Source: Vulcanimicrobiota bacterium (GTDB lineage Bacteria > Vulcanimicrobiota > Xenobia > Xenobiales > JADMJV01). Taken from it: 64,000 nt of DNA. The DNA is taken from positions 224,001 through 288,000 of the forward strand of contig JBFWNU010000001.1 of the NCBI GenBank assembly GCA_050250895.1, given 5' to 3'. Shown here piece after piece: positions 17,447-26,933 of this stretch. A model generated the notes under the pieces. The model was given only the letters and a program-made list of their open reading frames with translations, searched no databases and was not told the DNA's origin. The position numbers and the translations under genes are program-made. Positions within the stretch are counted from its first letter, which is position 1. Each line of letters begins with the position of its first letter.

Positions 17447-18954
17447 ATCGTTCTATCTCCGTTGGGAAAGTGAACTCGCAGAAACTCTCGCAACCCTTCC
17501 CGCTCGTTCATCTCGCCCAGAGTCAGAAAGACGTCGTCGGCCAGGCTGCCGGGCTGGTCGCGCAAAATGGCGCGGGCCTCGTCTCTGGCTCTGGCCTGAT
17601 AGTCGCGACCAAGAAAAGTGGTCTCGTTGAAGCTGGCCGAGGTCCACTGAGCATAGCAGGCGCTCAGTCGGTTGTAACGGGCTCGCTGGTCATCACCCTG
17701 ACACAGTTGCAGCAGATGCTCGTTCTGATTGGCCAGCCGGGCTTCGGCCTGCAGCTGCTGGCCGTCGGCTCGGTTGAGGTCGGACATGTAGGCATCCCAG
17801 GTATAGGCCCAACGAAAGGAGCGCGAGCCCCGATGGAGCAGCAGATAGCCAATGCGCCAGCCGCCAGCCTGCGACCACTGGCTCACGAGCCCGGGTCGGG
17901 TCGACCAGGCGCAACGCCGCCAGAGGGCGCGCTGGGCTTGCAGCTCTTCGTTCATGGCGGGCGGCAGACGGTGCAGGCTCGAGTTGGCCACATCCGGCTG
18001 AGCCAGGCTAAAGTCCCAGTCATTGTAGACGTCGGCCGCATAGGGACGCCAGGCTTTCGTGAGGTTCAACTCTCGGGTTAGCTCGAGCGCTTCGCGATAG
18101 GCGTCATGGCGAGCCAGCCGCAGGGCTTGAGCATAGACCACCAGATCCCTGGCGGGATGGTCGGGGTAGCGCCGCACGAACTCGGCCAGGTCGTCTCCGG
18201 TGGTGCCGATGTCGAGCAGCCACAACAGGTGGTCGCTAAAGCGCCAGCCCATGTCGCCGTCACCGGGCACCTGGCCTAGAAAGACGTAAAGAGCTTCGAC
18301 CCGCTCGCCACGCCACTCGAGACAGCGGCCCTTCCAATAGAGAGCATCGTCGGCGCCGGGGTGGTCGGGATGGCGTTCGAGCCAGGCCTGCCATTGCTCG
18401 ACCGTGCCCCGAGGGCGGGTTGACGGCGATTGGCCGTAACGCACGTGAGACCAGTAGTATTCGTCGCCGAAGTAGGTGCCGCCGCGAATCTGGGAATACT
18501 CGCGGCAGGCCTGGGCAAACTCGGATTTCGGCTCGGCCTCGGCTCGGGCCAGAAGTTCGAGTTCGCTGTCATACTGTTGCCACCACCAGCGATTGGCCGG
18601 ACCCAACTCGAAGCGCTTGCGCAGATAGAGTCGGCGGGCTATCTCTTTCTGGACTTCTGTCAGAGGACTCTCGTCGCCCAGGTAAAGGCGACCGTCTTCG
18701 AAGGATTCTCCGCTGCCCAGCAGGCTCAGCACGTGCAGCGCCCGCTGGGGTGGCGCGGAGCGCGCGAACTCGAGCATCTGCGGCGCAAATCGCTCACGGC
18801 CTTCGCGCAGATAGCGACCCAGACGCTGTTCTTCGGCCGGCCGGTCGAGACGGAGCAGGCGACAAGCTAGCTCGCACTGGTCGGGAGGGGAATGGAGGAG
18901 GGAGACTACCAGGGTTAAGAATAAGACGCGACGGGACACTTGATTAAAATTCAA
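17443..18954 (-). CDS. hypothetical exported helical-repeat (TPR/BamD-like) protein
   Basis: Hydrophobic N-terminus; repeated HPDHPGADDALYW / YPDHPARD / QPGSLADD motifs. Confidence 0.7.
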   Translation of the reverse strand: MNFNQVSRRVLFLTLVVSLLHSPPDQCELACRLLRLDRPAEEQRLGRYLREGRERFAPQMLEFARSAPPQRALHVLSLLGSGESFEDGRLYLGDESPLTEVQKEIARRLYLRKRFELGPANRWWWQQYDSELELLARAEAEPKSEFAQACREYSQIRGGTYFGDEYYWSHVRYGQSPSTRPRGTVEQWQAWLERHPDHPGADDALYWKGRCLEWRGERVEALYVFLGQVPGDGDMGWRFSDHLLWLLDIGTTGDDLAEFVRRYPDHPARDLVVYAQALRLARHDAYREALELTRELNLTKAWRPYAADVYNDWDFSLAQPDVANSSLHRLPPAMNEELQAQRALWRRCAWSTRPGLVSQWSQAGGWRIGYLLLHRGSRSFRWAYTWDAYMSDLNRADGQQLQAEARLANQNEHLLQLCQGDDQRARYNRLSACYAQWTSASFNETTFLGRDYQARARDEARAILRDQPGSLADDVFLTLGEMNEREGLREFLRVHFPNGDRTI

Positions 18955-19083
18955 CAGGCCGGTTTTGGGGACCTCTCGCCGAAATGATTCATCGAAAGAA
19001 GAGTTGTGTCGATCTCGGCCCTGGTCGGTCGACCAACCGATGGAGGGCGAGAATCGTCCTTACGACCAAAGGAGAGTAATACC

Positions 19084-19509
19084 GTGAAAGTTCTACCTTA
19101 TCTTTGCTTTGAAGGCCGCGCCCAGGAGGCCATCGATTTTTATCAGAAGGTGCTGGGGGCCGAAGTGACCATGCTGATGCGGGGCAAAGACGCCCCCGAG
19201 GGGGCCTGCGCGGGCGGCAATCCCCGTGAGTATGCCGACAAGATCATGCACGCCGAGCTAAAGCTGGGCGATGACCGGTTGCACGTCAGCGACGGCATGA
19301 ATACCGGCCAGGCCGAGTTCAAAGGGATCACGCTGTCGGTGGCGTTGAGCACTGACGATGAGGCCAGGAAGAAATTCGCCGCTCTGTCGGAAGGTGGCGA
19401 AGTGCGTATGGCCCTCTCCGAGACCTTCTTTGCCTCGAGCTTCGGAATCTGCAACGATAAGTTCGGTGTGCCGTGGATGGTGCTGGTTCCCAGCCACGTG
19501 CCGGCTTAA
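19084..19509 (+). CDS. VOC family PhnB/YjdN-like protein
   Basis: PYLCFEGRAQEAIDFY, KIMHAEL, DKFGVPWM; GGAGAG ribosome-binding site. Confidence 0.92.
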   Translation: MKVLPYLCFEGRAQEAIDFYQKVLGAEVTMLMRGKDAPEGACAGGNPREYADKIMHAELKLGDDRLHVSDGMNTGQAEFKGITLSVALSTDDEARKKFAALSEGGEVRMALSETFFASSFGICNDKFGVPWMVLVPSHVPA

Positions 19510-20855
19510 GGCTTACGCCGCAAAAAGAGAGCCGCCCCGGCCAGTCCCAGGCCCCCGCCGGCCAGTGTCAACCCGAGCAAGAGATTGCTTCTGTCCTGTT
19601 CGTGCCGGCGGGCCTGGGCCATGGCCTGATCGACCAGTCGGTAGAGATTGGGATCGCTAACCTTGAGAGCCTCGGGGTCGGTCTTGAAGCTGCGCACCCC
19701 GTCGGCAAAATACTCGCCCACCTGGGTCAGACCGTAGTCGGTATTGCGGGGGCCGCCACAGCGGGCCGTCTGATTGGCTTGCGAAAAGGCTTCGTCAAGC
19801 TGGGCTGACCATTCTCGATAGAAAGCCGGCTCGACCTCGCGCAGGCGCGCCATCAAGGCGTGCCCCGTCTCGTGACGGGTGGTGTGGCGGGTGCCCAGAG
19901 TGTTGGCGTCAACCTGCAGCAGGCCGTCGCTTGAGGAGTGGAAGCCGTGGGCTCCGCCGGTCAGGTGGTCGAGATTGAAGCTGGGGTGAACCCGCAGTGC
20001 CACCCCTTCGGAGGGGTATGCATAGCGGGCGGCTGGCACGAGGATGGCCTGGCTTTCGAGGTCGACGGCCGCTGTCAACCTGCCTCCCGCGGCCATCTCG
20101 ACCAGCGAGCGATACTCGGCTTTCTCGTTGTCGTCGCGCGCTCCGCTGCGTCGCACCAGGCCGGCCACATCGAACCGACCCTCGACGACCACGGTCGGGT
20201 CGAGTCCGGCCTGGCGCACCTGTTCGAGCAGAAACTGGTGGCGTTGGCTGCGGGCCTGCTCTAACGGGCTCGCTACGGGAGGGGCGCAAGGGTCCGGGCT
20301 GGGCTGCCCGGCGGCTTCTTCCGCCAGACGCTCGATGCGCTCGTTGAGTTCCAACAGCCGTGGATGCACGGACAGTTCTTTGCCCAGTCGGTCCAGGGCG
20401 TTGGCCTGCTGCACCAGAGTGGTCATCGGCACCGACCGGGTGTGGCGTCCGTGCTCGCGCAAGACTTGCAAGGTCTGGGCGTCGGACTCGGTCACCTGAA
20501 TCTCGGTCCCGGCCCGAGCCACGAAGGTCAACTCGTCGCGGTCGAAGGCAGCTAACTCGTCCCCCAACTCGATTCGTTGCCGGGGCGTTAGATCGAGATC
20601 GCGAGCGGTCATCTGAGCCACCGGGTCTTGACCGGCGTAAGAGGCGCCGGCACCCAGGGCCACGCTCAGCGACGAGAGAATGGCCAGTCCGTGCCAGAGC
20701 TTGGAATAGCGGGCCAGACGAGAGAGAATAGGTCGACTGGCCGGAACTGGCTGGTTGATGGTGACCTGGTCGACGGGGTCGGGCGCGGGGTTCTCAGACC
20801 GGTGTGCTTTGGCCGGCGGCAGAAACGGACCGATGCCCGAAACTCTCGATATCAT
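19506..20855 (-). CDS. membrane-anchored zinc metallopeptidase, anthrax lethal factor/Pro-Pro endopeptidase-like
   Basis: HETGH zinc motif, downstream YG...EYFAD...LKVSDPNLY, C-terminal TM helix followed by RRKP. Confidence 0.78.
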   Translation of the reverse strand: MISRVSGIGPFLPPAKAHRSENPAPDPVDQVTINQPVPASRPILSRLARYSKLWHGLAILSSLSVALGAGASYAGQDPVAQMTARDLDLTPRQRIELGDELAAFDRDELTFVARAGTEIQVTESDAQTLQVLREHGRHTRSVPMTTLVQQANALDRLGKELSVHPRLLELNERIERLAEEAAGQPSPDPCAPPVASPLEQARSQRHQFLLEQVRQAGLDPTVVVEGRFDVAGLVRRSGARDDNEKAEYRSLVEMAAGGRLTAAVDLESQAILVPAARYAYPSEGVALRVHPSFNLDHLTGGAHGFHSSSDGLLQVDANTLGTRHTTRHETGHALMARLREVEPAFYREWSAQLDEAFSQANQTARCGGPRNTDYGLTQVGEYFADGVRSFKTDPEALKVSDPNLYRLVDQAMAQARRHEQDRSNLLLGLTLAGGGLGLAGAALFLRRKP

Positions 20856-20895
20856 TGCCTTTAGAATTCGAGCGAATGGGCTCGTTCCCCTCGTC

Positions 20896-21444
20896 TCAGG
20901 CCGCCGCGGTGGCGGCCACGACCGAGAAGAGAAACTCCTCGTAGCTCTGACCCTGCGAGTGAAGGAACTGGGTCACGAAATTCAAGCCTAACTGAACCTG
21001 CTGCTTGGGGTTGGACACCTTCTGCTCCTCGGCCAGGATAGCTGCATAGATCGGCTCGACGGCAGCGATGGCGGCCCGGGCCGGGCAGCGCCGGCTGGAG
21101 TGATAGCCTATGATGGTCTTGTGATCGGGCCCGAAGGTGGGCGAGACGTGGGCCAGCACCCAATAATGGTCGCCGCCTTTGCACATGTTGAGGACATAGG
21201 CGAAAATCTCGTTACCGGCCCCGATAGTGTCCCACAACAGGGCAAACACCGAGCGAGGCATACCCGGATGGCGAATGAGGTTGTGGGCCTCTCCCAGGAG
21301 TTCTCTCTCGGTGTAGCCAGCTACCCGCTGGAAGACCGGGTTGGCATAGGTGATGATCCCTTTGGAATCGGTCTTGCTGACAATGATCTCGTCGGTGCCG
21401 AAGCGTCGTTCGACGCCGGTCGGCTTGAAAGTCGGTACGGCCAT
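20896..21444 (-). CDS. stand-alone Aer-type PAS domain protein
   Basis: IVSKTDSKGIITYAN, HNLIRHPGMP, LWDTI, YWVLAHVSP, GYHSSRR. Confidence 0.9.
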   Translation of the reverse strand: MAVPTFKPTGVERRFGTDEIIVSKTDSKGIITYANPVFQRVAGYTERELLGEAHNLIRHPGMPRSVFALLWDTIGAGNEIFAYVLNMCKGGDHYWVLAHVSPTFGPDHKTIIGYHSSRRCPARAAIAAVEPIYAAILAEEQKVSNPKQQVQLGLNFVTQFLHSQGQSYEEFLFSVVAATAAA

Positions 21445-21475
21445 AACCTTACCATCGGTCGTTAGCCACGGCCCG

Positions 21476-24100
21476 TTAGCCCCACAGTTGCCACCACTTT
21501 TTCTTGGTTGCGGTCGGCTCGGGCAAATCGGGTTCGGGTTCGGGGCAGGTGGCTTCGGGGTAGTTGGCCAGGGCTTCATCCAGCGAGCGTTCATCGCTGA
21601 CCACGTAGGCGATCGGACAACCCGTAAGTTCTTCGAGATAGGCGCGCTCATAGGGGGTGCCGGGACGCTGGCAGGCCACCACCAGACTCTCCCCCGCGAG
21701 AGCAACCGGCATGACTCGGTATTCGCGGGCTCGCTCCGGGCTCAAGCGAGCTGCGGCGGCCGGGTCGCAGGGGGTCTCGTCAAAGAAGAAAGGGAGCAGC
21801 CCGAACTGCTGGGCCAGGGCCCGGGTGCGCTCCCGGGGAGAGAGTTCTGGCAGCCCCTGCGGCACGGGCTCCGGTTCGGGTGCTGGCGGTTCCACCGACA
21901 CTTCGGGGGCAGCCTCTTCGACCCGGTCGACAACCTCGAACACCTCGATATTGTCGCGATTGGTGCCCACGGCTCGATAGCTGACCACCTCGTGGGTGCC
22001 ATCGGCCGTCTGCTTGCTGACCCTCACCCGACCCACCGGACATTCCTTCTCGAGGTGTCCGGCCACATCCACCGTCGAACTCGTGAATTCTCCGAGAGAG
22101 CGGCGCGGATCGTAGTAGACCTCTCCAGTGTGCACGCCCACCCGGGCCAGCAAGGGTCCGTCCATACCGGGATAGCGAGTCTCGCTCAGTTCACGCTGGA
22201 TCTCGACCGCCGCCAGCACCGCCTGGTCGGGCCGCCTGAAGATGCATACGACTCCGTCGCCTGACCAGCCGAACCGCTCGCAGTCATAGCGCTCGACCAC
22301 GCGATTGACCAGGGTGCGAAAATCACGAAAGGCGCTATCCACCAGCAGCGGACGATCGGGGCGCTTGAGTCGCGACGAACCGGCCATATCCAGAGCCAGG
22401 ATCGAGAACTCGCGCTTGAAGCAGGTGTCGATGGCTCGGTTGAGGGTGGTGCTAGTGGCTACCGCCTCATCCAGACTCACCTTGCCCGCCTCGAGTTCCT
22501 CGAGATAGACCTGCATCGAGCCCGAAACGACCCCTTCCATACCGGCCAGCAAACATTCGCGCATCTCGCCGGCCGAGGCGAAACGCTCTTCGGGGTTGGC
22601 CGATAGCGAGCGCAACAAGGGGCTCACCAGTCCCTGAGGAATGGCCTTGAGGCGGGCTTTGAGCACGGCTGGATCAGCACTTTCGGGCGGCGACCCTAGC
22701 AGCAGTTCATACAGCACCAGGCCGGCCGCGTGCAGGTCGGCTCGCCCGTCGGCCGGCTGACCTGCAGCGGCCTCGGGCGACTGGTAGTCGGCCGACACGT
22801 AGAGCGAGCCGCGCGGGTAGGCAAGCAATGGCTGGCGTGTTTGGGGCCGGGCTGGCAAAAGGTCCAGACACGCCCTCAGCCGGCTCGCCACCTCAGTGCT
22901 GGTGGGCCGCAAGGCGGGCTTCTTGCGCAGCATGTCATCGAGCAAAGAGTCGAGTTCTCCCGGCAGCTCGGGGCGCAACTCGGCCAACCGGGGCGGGGGC
23001 TCGTTGATATGAGCGTGGAGTAGCTCGAACTGCCCTTTGCCGGTAAAGGGCAAACGCTCGGTCAGGGCCTCGAAGAGACAAATCCCGAACGAGTAAACAT
23101 CAGCCGCCGGGGTCACCTGACTGCTCAAGATCTGTTCGGGGGCCAGATAGGCGTACGAGCCGAGGATCTTCCCTGCTTCGGTCAAACGAGTCTGGCTGTC
23201 CAGGGGGCGAACGGTGCCCAGACGGGCTACTTTGGGACTGCCGTCCACCCCGGCCATGACGCTTTGAGGACAAAGATCCCGATGGACGATGCCGCGACTG
23301 TGCAGATGCTCGAGCCCATCGGCAATCCCGCAGAAGACCTCCAAAATGGTGGCCGGGTCTTTGCCGGCGGTCATGGTCTTGAGATCGGTGCGATCGAGAA
23401 ACTCCGAGACCAGATAGGGACGGTCGTCGTGGCGCCCGACTTCCAGGAAGCTGACCACATTAGGATGAGAAAGAGCCGCCATCACGCGGGATTCTCGCTC
23501 GAAGCGAGCCGAGTCACCCGATTCTTTGAGCAGCTTGACCGTCACCTCGCAGCCGTTGAGCCGGTCGAAAGCCTGATAGATGTCGCAACCGGCGTCTCCG
23601 CCCAGGTCGGCCAGCACCTCGAAGCGAGAAGGAAGCACGCCGTTCTGACCCGGTTCTCCGGGCTGCGGACGGGCCACGCCACTTAGCCCAAAGTCGCTCA
23701 GGGCCACCCGATCGTTGGCGCCCAGCAAGACGTTGCCGGGATGCAAACGACCATGCACTATCCCTTCCGAGTGGGCGTAGTCAAGACCGGCCAACACCTG
23801 CTCGATCAACCTCAGGGCTCGCTCGGGCGCGACCGGCTTGGCCAGCGCCCTCAGGTTGGAGCTGAGTCGCTCACACACCAGGTAGGGGTGGAGCCGTTCG
23901 CCGGCGTCATAGATGGTGACGATATTGGTATGGCGCAGTCCGGCCTGACGGCGTAGGGCCTCGAGCAGTTCGGCTGACTTCTGGCTGAAGACCTTGACCA
24001 CCCGAGGCTCTTCCAGCAACTCGTGACGAGCCGAGTAGACCAGCCCCATGGGACCGCTGCCGATGAGTTGACCCAACTGGCAGTTGCCAAAACTATCCAT
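21476..24100 (-). CDS. double (nested) Ser/Thr kinase-like + class III cyclase-like + GspE/PilB N-terminal domain protein
   Basis: Two sets of Hanks subdomains; ALDMAG..GDG..RVGVHTGEV cyclase motifs; LAQQFG..AREYRVMP..LVVA T2SSE_N-like tail. Confidence 0.85.
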   Translation of the reverse strand: MDSFGNCQLGQLIGSGPMGLVYSARHELLEEPRVVKVFSQKSAELLEALRRQAGLRHTNIVTIYDAGERLHPYLVCERLSSNLRALAKPVAPERALRLIEQVLAGLDYAHSEGIVHGRLHPGNVLLGANDRVALSDFGLSGVARPQPGEPGQNGVLPSRFEVLADLGGDAGCDIYQAFDRLNGCEVTVKLLKESGDSARFERESRVMAALSHPNVVSFLEVGRHDDRPYLVSEFLDRTDLKTMTAGKDPATILEVFCGIADGLEHLHSRGIVHRDLCPQSVMAGVDGSPKVARLGTVRPLDSQTRLTEAGKILGSYAYLAPEQILSSQVTPAADVYSFGICLFEALTERLPFTGKGQFELLHAHINEPPPRLAELRPELPGELDSLLDDMLRKKPALRPTSTEVASRLRACLDLLPARPQTRQPLLAYPRGSLYVSADYQSPEAAAGQPADGRADLHAAGLVLYELLLGSPPESADPAVLKARLKAIPQGLVSPLLRSLSANPEERFASAGEMRECLLAGMEGVVSGSMQVYLEELEAGKVSLDEAVATSTTLNRAIDTCFKREFSILALDMAGSSRLKRPDRPLLVDSAFRDFRTLVNRVVERYDCERFGWSGDGVVCIFRRPDQAVLAAVEIQRELSETRYPGMDGPLLARVGVHTGEVYYDPRRSLGEFTSSTVDVAGHLEKECPVGRVRVSKQTADGTHEVVSYRAVGTNRDNIEVFEVVDRVEEAAPEVSVEPPAPEPEPVPQGLPELSPRERTRALAQQFGLLPFFFDETPCDPAAAARLSPERAREYRVMPVALAGESLVVACQRPGTPYERAYLEELTGCPIAYVVSDERSLDEALANYPEATCPEPEPDLPEPTATKKKWWQLWG

Positions 24101-24183
24101 GGCTGTCCATTCTGCAAGTTCAGTTCATTTCCGCCTGCTTCGAGAGCAGCCGGGATGGGTATGAACCGAGTCGGAGGGTTGTT

Positions 24184-25650
24184 ATGAAAGTTTTGGAACG
24201 TGCTCAGCTTTTTCTTGATGGTAAGTGGGTAGACCCCAGCCAGAACAAGCGCTTCGAGGTGATCGACCCGGCCACCGAAGAGGTTATCACCCAGGTGGCG
24301 GCGGCCGGCCCGGCTGATGTCGACAAGGCCGTCGCAGCGGCCTGCCAGGCTCAAAAGAGCTGGGGACGCACCAGCGGGACCGAGCGGGCCGCAATTTTGC
24401 GGCGCATCGCGGCCGGCATTCGCGAACGCCAGGACGAACTGGCTCGCCTGGAAGTGCGCGACAACGGCAAGCCGTTGCCCGAGGCCGAGTGGGACATCGG
24501 GGACGCGGCCGGTTGCTTTGACTTCTATGCCAACCTGGCCGAAGAACTCGACGGACGCCAGGGCCAGGTGATCAAGGTTCCCGACGAGCGCTTCACCACC
24601 AAGATTTTCCACGAGCCGGTGGGCGCAGCCGGCCTGATCATCCCCTGGAACTATCCCCTGCTGATGGCCGCCTGGAAGGTGGCCCCCGCGCTGGCCGCTG
24701 GCTGCGCCTGTGTGCTCAAGCCGTCGGAGCTGACGCCCCTGACGGCTCTCGAGCTGGCCGAGATCACCTCCCAGGCCGGTCTGCCGGCCGGGGTTTTCAA
24801 TCTGGTGACGGGCTTTGGCCCCGAAGCCGGGGCGCCTTTGGCTAACCATCCCAAGCTGCGCAAGCTGGCCTTCACCGGCAGCGTGCCCACCGGACGCGGC
24901 GTGATGGCCGCCTCGGCTCAGCATATCAAGAACGTCAGCCTCGAACTGGGCGGCAAGTCGCCACTGGTGGTCTTTGAGGATGTCGACATCGAGGCCGCCG
25001 TCGAGTGGACCATGTTCGGCATCTTCTGGAACCAGGGCCAGGTCTGCAGCGCCACCTCGCGGCTCCTGGTCCACGAACGGATCGCCGAAGAACTGCTGCA
25101 CCGCCTGGGTCAAGAGGCCTCGCGGATCGAGATGGGCAACGGTTTGGCGCCCGGAACCAAGCTGGGACCGCTGGTCAGCGCTCCCCAGCGCGACAAGGTC
25201 GAGAAGTTCGTGGCCGAGGCCGGGGGGCGCAAAGTCTGCGGCGGCGGACGTCGCTTCGATAAAGGCTATTTCTACGAGCCCACCATCCTGACCGACCTGA
25301 CCGACGATTCCCCCGCCTGGCGCGAGGAGATCTTCGGCCCGGTGCTGGCGGTTTCGACCTTCAAGACCGAGGAGGAGGCGATCGAGCGAGCTAACGACTC
25401 GGAGTTTGGTCTGGCGGCGGCCGTGATGTCGGCCGACCTCGAACGGGCTCAGCGGGTGGCCCGGGCCTTCGAGGCCGGCATCGTATGGATCAACTGCTCG
25501 CAACCCACCTTCACCGAGGCTCCCTGGGGGGGCATGAAAGAGTCGGGCATCGGACGCGAACTGGGCCAATGGGGTCTGGCCAACTACCTCGAGGTCAAAC
25601 AGGTCACCAGCTATGACTCCCAAGAGCCGTGGGGTTGGTACCTGGGCTAG
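24184..25650 (+). CDS. betaine/amino-aldehyde dehydrogenase family protein
   Basis: PWNYP, KPSELT, FTGS, LELGGKSP, FWNQGQVCSATSRL, EEIFGP, C-terminal PWGWY. Confidence 0.93.
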   Translation: MKVLERAQLFLDGKWVDPSQNKRFEVIDPATEEVITQVAAAGPADVDKAVAAACQAQKSWGRTSGTERAAILRRIAAGIRERQDELARLEVRDNGKPLPEAEWDIGDAAGCFDFYANLAEELDGRQGQVIKVPDERFTTKIFHEPVGAAGLIIPWNYPLLMAAWKVAPALAAGCACVLKPSELTPLTALELAEITSQAGLPAGVFNLVTGFGPEAGAPLANHPKLRKLAFTGSVPTGRGVMAASAQHIKNVSLELGGKSPLVVFEDVDIEAAVEWTMFGIFWNQGQVCSATSRLLVHERIAEELLHRLGQEASRIEMGNGLAPGTKLGPLVSAPQRDKVEKFVAEAGGRKVCGGGRRFDKGYFYEPTILTDLTDDSPAWREEIFGPVLAVSTFKTEEEAIERANDSEFGLAAAVMSADLERAQRVARAFEAGIVWINCSQPTFTEAPWGGMKESGIGRELGQWGLANYLEVKQVTSYDSQEPWGWYLG

Positions 25651-25670
25651 GCAAAACACCCGCCCAGGGG

Positions 25671-25790
25671 CTCACGATCCGAGTTCTGGGGGGCTTTTCG
25701 CTCTCGCTAGACGGTCAGGCCCTCAACAGCCTGCGTCCGGGGAGGGCTCAATCTCTATTGGTGTATCTGCTGTTACATCGCCAGGCGCCC
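25671..25790 (+). pseudogene. N-terminal remnant of a SARP/BTAD-type transcriptional regulator
   Basis: LTIRVLGGFSLSLDGQALNSLRPGRAQSLLVYLLLHRQAP resembles the AfsR/DnrI winged-helix start; no convincing start codon or continuation. Confidence 0.65.
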
Positions 25791-25838
25791 GCTAGCCCGC
25801 TAAAACCCGGGGTCGCCGCTCCGCCGGGGCGGCGACCT

Positions 25839-26933
25839 TTACAGGTTCTGCGGGCAAAAGCCCACGGCGGCCAACACCCCAAAGGCCAACGTCAAGAGCA
25901 CCATCTCGCGGGGCAGAAGGTCGCAACCCGGTCCCCGCGGCAAGGGACCAGAGAAAAGGTGAAATACCGCCCTGGCCAGGGTCACGGCGTTGAGGGCGCT
26001 GGCCCCCAGCAAAGCCAGCGCGAAGCCGGCCTGGTGGTGGACCAGCGGTTGGACCAGCAGGTCCTCGGCTACATAACCAAGAGTGCCGGGCAGCCCGACT
26101 GCCACCAACCCGGAAAAGAGAAACGCGGTCGACAGCCGGGGCATGGCTTCGAAACTGGCCGCAAAACGATCCAAGCGGGGGTCTTCGCCGTAACGCACCT
26201 CGACCAGTTCGGCACAAAGCGCCCAGCTCACCGTCGCCACAGCCAGCAGCACCACCAGCGTGCCGACGGCCCCGGGCGCCCAACCGACGGCCATCGCCAA
26301 CATCCCGACCTGGGAAAGGACAAGGCAGGCCACGGTCCGGCGCAGTCGGCTCTGCGCGCTGGCCAGGACAGCCCCCGACAGCATGGTCAAGGCTCCCAGG
26401 GGGCCCATCCAGCCCACGGCGTCGTGGACCACCACCAGGCCCGCGCCGAGAAAAGCCACGGCCACCGGGGTAGGCCCTCGTTCGAAGCTGTTTAACAGCC
26501 AGCTGTGCAAAGGCACGAGGCCGAGTCGCACTGCCAAACCCACAGCCACCAGCTCCGGTTGCTCGCAGGCCAGTCCCGCCCCCACGCTCAGGCTGCTCAA
26601 AAGCCCGGCCAGAGCGAGCCCCCGCGAAGGCGAGAAGCGATACATCAACAGCCAGCCGAGCGCACCGGCCGCCAGGGGCTGACCGGCCGCTCCCAGCCAG
26701 CCGGTGGCCAGCAGCAACTGGGTGTAAACCAGGCTGCGGGTCGTAGTCCGCGGCTGACTGGCCAGCCCCACCGCTAACAGGCCCACCAGCCCCAGCCACC
26801 AGCTCGCTGTGAACAAGCCCGCCACCAGGGCCAGGGCCGCCCCCACCATTCCCCGACGCCGCGCACTCGGGATCCCGCGCCCATGGCCAAGGCCCGCGCT
26901 CAGACAGAGAGTCAGCATGCTCAGCCAAGCCAT
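25839..26933 (-). CDS. proton-conducting membrane subunit (NuoL/NuoM/MrpA-like), third DAB operon gene
   Basis: VRLGLVPLHSWL, GLPGTLGYVAEDLLV; polytopic; start MAWLS at 26933. Confidence 0.82.
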   Translation of the reverse strand: MAWLSMLTLCLSAGLGHGRGIPSARRRGMVGAALALVAGLFTASWWLGLVGLLAVGLASQPRTTTRSLVYTQLLLATGWLGAAGQPLAAGALGWLLMYRFSPSRGLALAGLLSSLSVGAGLACEQPELVAVGLAVRLGLVPLHSWLLNSFERGPTPVAVAFLGAGLVVVHDAVGWMGPLGALTMLSGAVLASAQSRLRRTVACLVLSQVGMLAMAVGWAPGAVGTLVVLLAVATVSWALCAELVEVRYGEDPRLDRFAASFEAMPRLSTAFLFSGLVAVGLPGTLGYVAEDLLVQPLVHHQAGFALALLGASALNAVTLARAVFHLFSGPLPRGPGCDLLPREMVLLTLAFGVLAAVGFCPQNL

